Source of the DNA: Nitrosopumilaceae archaeon
Lineage (GTDB): Archaea; Thermoproteota; Nitrososphaeria; Nitrososphaerales; Nitrosopumilaceae
Direction of reading: 5' to 3'
NCBI GenBank assembly: GCA_035528495.1
Contig: DATKYM010000100.1
Span: 72,784 to 104,783 of the forward strand
Length of the DNA: 32,000 nucleotides
Shown: one piece after another, positions 17,215-24,064 of the stretch
Layout of the letters: every line of letters begins with the position of its first letter
Position numbering within the stretch: position 1 is the stretch's first letter
The notes under the pieces: model-generated
The model's database searches: none
What the model was told of the DNA's origin: nothing
The model's input: only the letters and a program-made list of their open reading frames with translations
Translations under genes and position numbers: made by a program

Positions 17215-18186
17215 TTAAATTTTTGATTTAATTTGCCTATGAATTGTAAATCCAATAGCGGCTGGGGCTGCCAAATACAAACCCAAATTTAGCGCAATAA
17301 CAGATATTCCCAAAGCTAAGACTTGACTATCGTTTCCTTCTTCTGCTAATGTCATTATGGACAAAGTAGAAATCATCGGGGTGATAAATAATCTAACAGC
17401 CTCTTGGAAGACCGGATTCTCTCTTTCCAGATCAGCGATTGTTGGTGAGAATGAATAGTATAATTGGTTAAAACCAGTCATAAATGCTGAGCCTGATGTA
17501 GTTCCCATCACGGTGTTGTCCCTAATTTCTCTCAAAAATTGGACTTGGGGTGCAAGTTCAGATCCAAATGCCGCCGTAGCAATAAGGCATCCTCCTCCGC
17601 GGTCATTAATCACTTCACATTTACCGTTTACGAGTTCAGTTCCTGTACCACAAATTGGCTCTGGTTCAGGGTCGGGCTCAGTGACTTTAGGTGGTTCGGG
17701 TTCTCTTGGTGGTTCTGGTTCTCTTGGCGGTGTAGGTTCTCTTGGGGTTGTGGGTTCATCTTGTCCTGGTAATGATGGCTCGAAAATTCCACCTGTGTAA
17801 AGCATAGTTGTTTCACCCTTTATTGCCCCAAAGAATAATTGAATTTTATAATTGCCACTCTCCTTGAAGTAAATTCCTCCTGTAACAAAATTAAAAGAAA
17901 ATGTCCCATCAGAATTGGGTACCATCTGACCGATAGTTACAATATTTCCCACTGTATCCATAAGACGGTATGTCAAAGCTGTATTAGAGTGGATATCAGG
18001 ATCGAAATCACGAATGAATCCATCTACATAAGCTCTATCACCATTTTCATATGAGGGTAATTCGGTCTTGGCAGAAATCGGCGGAATATTATGAGAATCT
18101 GCAAATACAGAACCACTAAAGCCATATGAAAAGATGGAGAAAGATAAAAGTACGAACACAAGAAAACCAGCAAGTCTCATTTTCAT
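17215..18186 (-). CDS. secreted chimeric surface protein: module A + Pro/Glu-rich linker + Cys knot + CLIATAAFGS-type C-terminal membrane domain
   Basis: Signal peptide MKMRLAGFLVFVLLSFSIFSYGFSGSVFA. Module A (…YENGDRAYVDGFI…VGNIVTIGQMVPNSDGTFSFNFVTGGIYFKESGNYKIQLFFG). Linker EPTTPREPTPPREPEPPREPEPPKVTEPDPEPEP. Then CGTGTELVNGKCEV and GGGCLIATAAFGSELAPQVQFLREIRDN, followed by hydrophobic segments. Confidence 0.85.
   Translation of the reverse strand: MKMRLAGFLVFVLLSFSIFSYGFSGSVFADSHNIPPISAKTELPSYENGDRAYVDGFIRDFDPDIHSNTALTYRLMDTVGNIVTIGQMVPNSDGTFSFNFVTGGIYFKESGNYKIQLFFGAIKGETTMLYTGGIFEPSLPGQDEPTTPREPTPPREPEPPREPEPPKVTEPDPEPEPICGTGTELVNGKCEVINDRGGGCLIATAAFGSELAPQVQFLREIRDNTVMGTTSGSAFMTGFNQLYYSFSPTIADLERENPVFQEAVRLFITPMISTLSIMTLAEEGNDSQVLALGISVIALNLGLYLAAPAAIGFTIHRQIKSKI
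17690..17761 (-). repeat. degenerate 18-bp tandem repeat (4 units) encoding the PREPEP linker
   Basis: Plus-strand units are ggtggttcgggttctctt / ggtggttctggttctctt / ggcggtgtaggttctctt / ggggttgtgggttcatct. Translated on the minus strand these give (P)REPxPP repeats. Confidence 0.8.
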
Positions 18187-18239
18187 TTTGAATCAGGCCT
18201 GAGGGTATTTATGTATTAAATCAAAGAAAAATTGACCCG

Positions 18240-21200
18240 TCATATTCGAATTATTCCTTTTTTAGCTAAAAATTCAATTGTCGATAGAAATTCATCATCA
18301 GAGAGTTCATTATTTGACCACCACTTTGCCGTAATTTTTAACCACTCAGGAATACTGATTTCAGATAATGAGTTTACAGTAGATGGGATTTTAATAATCC
18401 CTTTATCAATTAGATCTTCTAAACCAACAACAAACTCTGAATCAGAAATTACATTAGATGACCATCTCTTTGCCTTATCTTTTATCGATTCGGGGACACT
18501 CTGATGTAGTACAATAAAAGAAGTAAAACCCACATCTTCATTATTATGAGATAGTTGAATGTCATAGGTTCCAGTTAACGAACCATCATTAATTGAGATT
18601 ATTCCTTTATAGTCCCCCTTGACAGTCAACGAAGCAGGGAAAGTTTGAGTGACACCGTCTGGTTTGACTAGAATAATAGTTAAAGGAATTCCCACTTTAT
18701 GATTTGATATATTTCCTGATAGTACAATGTTCTCAACCTTACCATTTGTTGGAAGAATTATTTTATTTTGGCTTAACTCGGGCTTGCTGGAATATTGAGG
18801 TGATTTTCCATTACTTGATAGACTAAAAATATTAGATTCTCCAGAATTATCTAGAGCATCATGATATTTTGCATCTAAACTTCCCCCAGCTGAAGAGATT
18901 AATTTTGTACCTGATTTATCACATATTTGCGATGGCATTTTGAAAACTCCTTTAAAAATCCCTGTAGTCGTTCCTGTTTCAACCAAGCTAAAACCTGTGG
19001 AAGATAATCCACCATACTCAACACCATTTATGGTACAACGTTTGTAACGAATATCTTTGATTAAAATTTCTAATAAAATATTTCCATCTTTTCCCACAGT
19101 GTCTACGCTAGTGGAAGTAGGATCGTTAATTACTTGATACGTATCAATGTTGTCGTTTTTTAGATTAAGATCTGGATCATTCAAGGTAAATGTTACAGGT
19201 TGACCAAATCTATATGTCGTCGAATCTAAAGACACTCTACCAGAATTTGTGTTTATATCAGATTTTGCAGAAGTTGTAACTACAACTCCAACCTTCGCTA
19301 TATCAGAATAATTAATTGAAATTCCTTTTTCATCTACTAATCTGTCAGTGACAATGAATTTTACTTCATCACCAATAGTTTTAATGGTTCGAATAAAACT
19401 TGGGTCTAAAATATTCAATTGATTTGTTACTGCAAATTCTAAAGTTCCCACAAATTTAGAGGAGTTATCACTTGTCTCTTCTAATTCAAATCTATAAATT
19501 GAATTATTGACATCATCATTATCAACAAGTCCAAATGAAAAGAAGTCAAAAACTATTGGTTGTTTATTAATTTCATTAGAAATAGTCCCTACACCGTTAT
19601 CATCTTTAGACGAATCAAAATTAATGACAACAAACACTGACCCACTTTTTGAAGATATCGCTTTTACAACTAAATCACTGAGTGGAATAAAACCATTTGA
19701 TGACATTTGTCCGGGACTCACAATTGTAATTGAGGATGATCCTAGACTACCAAAAAAAAGTTCAACTGAGGTATCTGAAAAATCACTTATTCCTAAATCG
19801 TTTGAAAAAGATTGAAGATCAAAATTAAGCCAGTTGGTTCCAAAGGAGTTTGGCACAGAAGAATCAATCAAAATAGATTGTAATTTAGATGCAGGAATTC
19901 CAAGGTTGAGTGAAATCTTCTCAAATTTACCATTTGCAACATTTGAGGTATCGATAACTAATCTATCAGATTTTTTATCGGAGACTAGAGAATTTGAGTG
20001 GATGCCGATAAGGTCATCTGAATTTGTGAAAAATTGAACGTCAAAGGAATTTTCAAGGGTAATTGGACTTCCTATTTGCAATGTTGGGATAATAGCAGTT
20101 TCTCGAAAGACATCCAAGTGATCTCTTGAACCTGAATTAATATTTTGATCATCATCAAATAGTATTACTGAAAATTCAGTTCCTGGACGCAAAGAAGTAG
20201 AGCCATCACCTATGCTAATAACAGGGTCATCGCCTAAAGAAACCCCAGCCGTAGAAGATCCAGTTAACACAGATACTGATTGTTCATTATAATTAATCCT
20301 GCCAGTTTGTCCTCTTGGCGCGTCATTTAAAATTCTAATCGTAGATTGGTCATTATCATCTACATTATCAAAAATTCCAGAGTATGGTCCTTCTTCTACC
20401 AAAGTGACAATTTTGGAATATTTTTTACCAGCCCCATTATCCACAAATGTGTTCGGTTGATCTTGATTCGACTTTAATTCCATTATATTGTTCAAATCAA
20501 TGGACAAGAGTCCATTATCTTCGAATCCCAATCTAGATAAATTTGGTTTCAAGTCTACTAACCCCGTATTACCATTAGCCGAACTTCTTCCAGAACTATC
20601 ATATGCTTGATAGAAAACTGAATTTGGTGAATCAATGTTGAATGTCCAAGAATCCTCATCAGTTGGATCTTGATTTAATTGAATATCCCTAATAGTTACA
20701 AACACTTCAGAATTTTGTGGATAATTTTCTCGGTCAAGTTCTAAGAAAATATTTTGAATGTCATCATATTCAAGATTCACTTGTTGTACACCTCCGCCAG
20801 GATTGTATTGGATGTTCACATCATCAAAAGAGAAGAGTTGGATAAGTGGCCAAGCATTTGGTTCAAGTCCTATCTGTCCTGGAGAAATTAGGGGGTTCGT
20901 GTTTATGGATTTTGCTTTTCGTACCACATTGTTTAGATTTACAGAATTTGCAGGGGTTCCAGTGCAGGAACTAAAAGAAATTTCCCCATTGGTGAAACCA
21001 GTCACACCACTGGAACGTGGAATTGCGACACCATCAGTCTCAGAAAGATCAATTCCTAGAGAACTTGTACCTCTACCACAAAAGACACCAAAGTCTAATC
21101 CTTCCCCTGCAAGACCTACTGTTGAGTCGGCAGTCTTGGCTTTATCCACATTTGCAAAGTAGGCATACCAATTTCCATCACTAGCTTGAACCATTCGGAG

Positions 21201-21428
21201 ATTTTTTCCGTTAATCGTAACATCTGGCTCCCCTTTACCTTCATCTGTATCATTAATATTCGAATTTCGAATTACAACCTCAATTACCATGGAACCTGAA
21301 AAATGATTTTCAAATTTTAAATTCTCAGCAGAGACTGAAAGATTGGGATTACTTCCAGCATCAGCTTGTGAAATTGGCATTATTAATAAAATTGAAAAGG
21401 CAAAAAGGAGTAAAAGTTTTTCACGCAT
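18240..21428 (-). CDS. large secreted surface protein (1062 aa) with internal acidic Ig-like-type repeats, one C-proximal module A and twin W-rich C-terminal repeats
   Basis: Signal peptide MREKLLLLFAFSILLIMPISQADA. Recurrent acidic stretches (IRDIQLNQDPTDED, LFDDDQNINSGSRD, LNDPDLNLKNDNID) are each followed by [LV]xE[ET][GS]xxx[GS]xFxG-like strands (LVEEGPYSGIFDN, ELEETSDNSSKFVG, LVETGTTTGIFKG). A module-A-like segment (…LSGNISNHKVGIPLTIILVKPDGVTQTF…GTYDIQLSHN) follows. It ends with two WxxNxxSDxEFxxxxExLxxKGIIxI repeats. Confidence 0.9.
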   Translation of the reverse strand: MREKLLLLFAFSILLIMPISQADAGSNPNLSVSAENLKFENHFSGSMVIEVVIRNSNINDTDEGKGEPDVTINGKNLRMVQASDGNWYAYFANVDKAKTADSTVGLAGEGLDFGVFCGRGTSSLGIDLSETDGVAIPRSSGVTGFTNGEISFSSCTGTPANSVNLNNVVRKAKSINTNPLISPGQIGLEPNAWPLIQLFSFDDVNIQYNPGGGVQQVNLEYDDIQNIFLELDRENYPQNSEVFVTIRDIQLNQDPTDEDSWTFNIDSPNSVFYQAYDSSGRSSANGNTGLVDLKPNLSRLGFEDNGLLSIDLNNIMELKSNQDQPNTFVDNGAGKKYSKIVTLVEEGPYSGIFDNVDDNDQSTIRILNDAPRGQTGRINYNEQSVSVLTGSSTAGVSLGDDPVISIGDGSTSLRPGTEFSVILFDDDQNINSGSRDHLDVFRETAIIPTLQIGSPITLENSFDVQFFTNSDDLIGIHSNSLVSDKKSDRLVIDTSNVANGKFEKISLNLGIPASKLQSILIDSSVPNSFGTNWLNFDLQSFSNDLGISDFSDTSVELFFGSLGSSSITIVSPGQMSSNGFIPLSDLVVKAISSKSGSVFVVINFDSSKDDNGVGTISNEINKQPIVFDFFSFGLVDNDDVNNSIYRFELEETSDNSSKFVGTLEFAVTNQLNILDPSFIRTIKTIGDEVKFIVTDRLVDEKGISINYSDIAKVGVVVTTSAKSDINTNSGRVSLDSTTYRFGQPVTFTLNDPDLNLKNDNIDTYQVINDPTSTSVDTVGKDGNILLEILIKDIRYKRCTINGVEYGGLSSTGFSLVETGTTTGIFKGVFKMPSQICDKSGTKLISSAGGSLDAKYHDALDNSGESNIFSLSSNGKSPQYSSKPELSQNKIILPTNGKVENIVLSGNISNHKVGIPLTIILVKPDGVTQTFPASLTVKGDYKGIISINDGSLTGTYDIQLSHNNEDVGFTSFIVLHQSVPESIKDKAKRWSSNVISDSEFVVGLEDLIDKGIIKIPSTVNSLSEISIPEWLKITAKWWSNNELSDDEFLSTIEFLAKKGIIRI

Positions 21429-21522
21429 GGTATAGGGGACTTTATCATTGTGCCAAATAATCTTGTCGCATAAGTGGTCTATTTAGAATACTTGTAATAG
21501 ATAGGACTGACAAGGGGAATAA

Positions 21523-22881
21523 ATGGAAATGTTTGTCCAAAGGACGAAAGTTCTTAAAATATCTCTTCTGGCAATTTTTTCAGCTTTTTTAGTTGAGCTG
21601 ATTTTTGGACTTTATTCTAATAGTTTGGGTCTGATAACTGATAGCATTCACGCTTTACTTGATAGTTTTGTTACACTAATTTTGCTTTTAGCAGCCAGAC
21701 TGGCAATGAAACCTCCGGATGAAGAACACACGTATGGTCATGGAAAAATTGAATCATTAGGAGGGCTAATTGGAGGAATTGCCATATTCTTAATTGCAAT
21801 ATTTTTCATTTATGAATCTGTTCACAGATTGCAAAGTCCCCCTCCAAGTATTTTTCCCGGAATTTTTGCAATGATTGGTGGGTTATACACCATAGGAATT
21901 GATGTTTTTAGAATAATTCTCTTAAAACGCTCTATTGCAAAAATGGGAGGAACAACCCTCAAAGCAGATTTTTACCACGCCTTTATGGATTTAGGATCTA
22001 CCATAGTTGCAATTGTAGGAATTGTTTTAGTTACTTATGGATTCTATAGTGGTGATTTTATTGCAGCTTTAATTTTAGGGGGGCTTTTAGTTATCCTCAG
22101 TATAAAATTAATTTACAAAACTGCTCAGGAGTTGACGGACATTATTTCACCAGAACTTGTAAAGAAGGTTAGAACAATAATTTCAAACACTGAAGACGTT
22201 ATTGATACTGGGACAATCTTGATGAGAAGATCTGGAGATATAATTTTTGCAGATGTGACGATTTCAATTAGAGGGGACACAAGTTTTGATAAAGCTCATG
22301 AGATTAGTAATAGGGTTGAAAAAAATATTAAAAATGAAATTTTAAATTCTGAAATAACAGTTCATTTTGAACCAACTTGGAAAGATGTACCATTAGATGC
22401 CAAAATTTACGATATTGCAAAAAATGTAGAAGGTGTAAAAGAAGTACATAATGTAATTACCCATAAATCAATGGGGAAAATGTACTCTAATCTTCATGTG
22501 ATGGTGGATAGAGAAATTAATCTAGAACAAGCTCACAAGATTTCAGAAAATGTAGAAGAAAATATTCAAGAAAATATTCCTGAAATTAAGCACATAACAA
22601 TTCATCTAGAGCCGTTTCTTGCCGTTCCTGAAAATTTTAATTTAGAAGATGAAATCACTGAGGAAAAAATCAAAGATATTTTGAAAGATTATTCAGAAAT
22701 TAAAAAAATTGGCCGCATAATTTCTCTTAATTTTGAAAACATACTCAAAATTGATATTGATTGTTCCTTTGAAAAGAATTTGTCAATCGAAAAAGTTCAT
22801 GATTTAACTTCAGAGATAGAGCATGTGATCCGTGCAGAAATTCAAAATGCGGTTATTACAATTCATCCAGAACCAATTTGA
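21523..22881 (+). CDS. cation diffusion facilitator (CDF) metal exporter with three tandem C-terminal cytoplasmic domains
   Basis: TM2 has HALLD (His43/Asp47) and TM5 has HAFMD (His152/Asp156), the CDF site-A quartet. EEHTYGHGKIESLGG follows TM2. There are three consecutive CTD-like modules of about 75 aa, each ending [VI]H[FLP]EP (about 22147-22374, 22393-22614, 22654-22875). Confidence 0.92.
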   Translation: MEMFVQRTKVLKISLLAIFSAFLVELIFGLYSNSLGLITDSIHALLDSFVTLILLLAARLAMKPPDEEHTYGHGKIESLGGLIGGIAIFLIAIFFIYESVHRLQSPPPSIFPGIFAMIGGLYTIGIDVFRIILLKRSIAKMGGTTLKADFYHAFMDLGSTIVAIVGIVLVTYGFYSGDFIAALILGGLLVILSIKLIYKTAQELTDIISPELVKKVRTIISNTEDVIDTGTILMRRSGDIIFADVTISIRGDTSFDKAHEISNRVEKNIKNEILNSEITVHFEPTWKDVPLDAKIYDIAKNVEGVKEVHNVITHKSMGKMYSNLHVMVDREINLEQAHKISENVEENIQENIPEIKHITIHLEPFLAVPENFNLEDEITEEKIKDILKDYSEIKKIGRIISLNFENILKIDIDCSFEKNLSIEKVHDLTSEIEHVIRAEIQNAVITIHPEPI

Positions 22882-22885
22882 TAGT

Positions 22886-24064
22886 TTAGATCAGCATACT
22901 TGTAAGATACATTATCAGCATTCCAATAGCAATTCCAGATGCCACTGCAGCACTTGAAAGATTCTTGTCTCCTTCAGTTCTAATCCATTTTAGAATAATT
23001 ACAATTACTTGAAAGATTGCGCCCGCTCCAATGGAGATAAAAATAACAGCTGAAAACGGAGAGAATGCAAATCCTCCAACCCAAGCCCCAAAAATTGCAG
23101 GTGTTCCGGCAATGAGGCCCAACCCAATTAATTTTTTTATTACATTTTTCTCGCGTGATAGTGGAGCTGCAATAGCTAGCCCTTCAGTAGTATTATGTAA
23201 AGCAAATCCTACTATTAGAAAAGAGCTAAACGCAATAGAACCAAGCCCTATTGCAGATCCTATTGCAAGTCCTTCTCCAAAATTATGTAAGCCAATTCCA
23301 ATTGCAATCATTAATCCAATGGCGACAGGTTTTGAGATTTTTAACGAATCAGCTTTACTAGTTAATTTTTCAGAAGTGTAATACAAACCAAGAAAGGACA
23401 AAACAATGGTCGTGGCAATCAACAATGCGCCATTAAAACTGTCACTTAGATTTTCAACAGATACATCAAAAGCTTCCTCAATAGAATCGATTCCTAAAAA
23501 AAGTAATAATCCAACTGTGAGTGCAAGAAAAAAATGATATTTGGCCTTACTTAGTTTTTTAATAAACGGTAACCAAAGCAGACCAATAAGCACAGGAATG
23601 ACTCCCACATAGGTTCCAATAATTGCAAAAAATCCGATGAATTCTAAATTTGGCGTTAATGCAGGAGCTGCCGCCTCAATTGCCCTTTCGAATCTAGTTC
23701 CATCTTCAATAGTCAATCCAATAATGTAGGGTTCTGCAGTATTCCATTCAAAAGGAATTCTCACTAGTGCTGTTTCGAATCTTTCCAAAAATCTATCAGG
23801 CTCTATTGCAGCTGGTTGTATTCGATCATTAACATCTGCCATTACCACCTCTACTGGAATTGGTCCTGTGTTTCTAACAGTTACTTGAATTTCTGATTTA
23901 ATAAAATTGATTTTTTCAATTGTTATCTCAGGTAGTGCAACTCCCAAATCTAACAAATAAGACCCAGGTCCAAAAATGAAAACCATCATGGATATTAAAA
24001 GGATAAATGGGATGATTCCCATTAGAATCATTTTACCTTTTGAGGAATTGTTGCTAATTTCCAT
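22886..24064 (-). CDS. ZIP-family metal permease with N-terminal TM + extracytoplasmic domain extension
   Basis: The C-terminal two thirds carry ZIP signatures GLHNFGEGLAIGSA and ALHNTTEGLAIAAPL in a multi-TM core. The first 135 aa or so are one TM helix plus a soluble beta-rich segment. ATG 24064 overlaps the stop of the upstream multicopper oxidase by 11 nt; the alternative start Met12 lies at 24031. Confidence 0.9.
   Translation of the reverse strand: MEISNNSSKGKMILMGIIPFILLISMMVFIFGPGSYLLDLGVALPEITIEKINFIKSEIQVTVRNTGPIPVEVVMADVNDRIQPAAIEPDRFLERFETALVRIPFEWNTAEPYIIGLTIEDGTRFERAIEAAAPALTPNLEFIGFFAIIGTYVGVIPVLIGLLWLPFIKKLSKAKYHFFLALTVGLLLFLGIDSIEEAFDVSVENLSDSFNGALLIATTIVLSFLGLYYTSEKLTSKADSLKISKPVAIGLMIAIGIGLHNFGEGLAIGSAIGLGSIAFSSFLIVGFALHNTTEGLAIAAPLSREKNVIKKLIGLGLIAGTPAIFGAWVGGFAFSPFSAVIFISIGAGAIFQVIVIILKWIRTEGDKNLSSAAVASGIAIGMLIMYLTSMLI

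Noticed and set aside
17043-17255. The full 70-aa version of the small ORF starting at 17255.
   Set aside because: Its first 14 codons or so overlap the 3' end of the 323-aa gene, and the N-terminal 21 aa are not membrane-like. Only the internal-ATG 49-aa version (17043-17192) is plausible, and even that has low confidence.
17513-17816. Gly/Ser-rich (GSGSGSGSVTLGGSGSLGGSGSLGG) and other ORFs opposite to or overlapping the Pro-rich linker.
   Set aside because: They are mirror images or frame-shifts of the 18-bp tandem repeat that encodes PREPEP on the minus strand. The minus-strand gene has a signal peptide and recognisable domains on both sides.
18232-21162. Plus-strand ORFs 18232-18504, 19507-19815, 19834-20037 and 20758-21162.
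   Set aside because: All are antisense to the uninterrupted 1062-aa secreted-protein gene and have no independent support.
18240-21428. Calling the 1062-aa protein the S-layer protein.
   Set aside because: Size, secretion and the acidic Ig-like repeats are compatible with that call. I cannot match the protein to the known thaumarchaeal S-layer protein from memory, and a neighbouring paralogous module family suggests accessory surface proteins instead.
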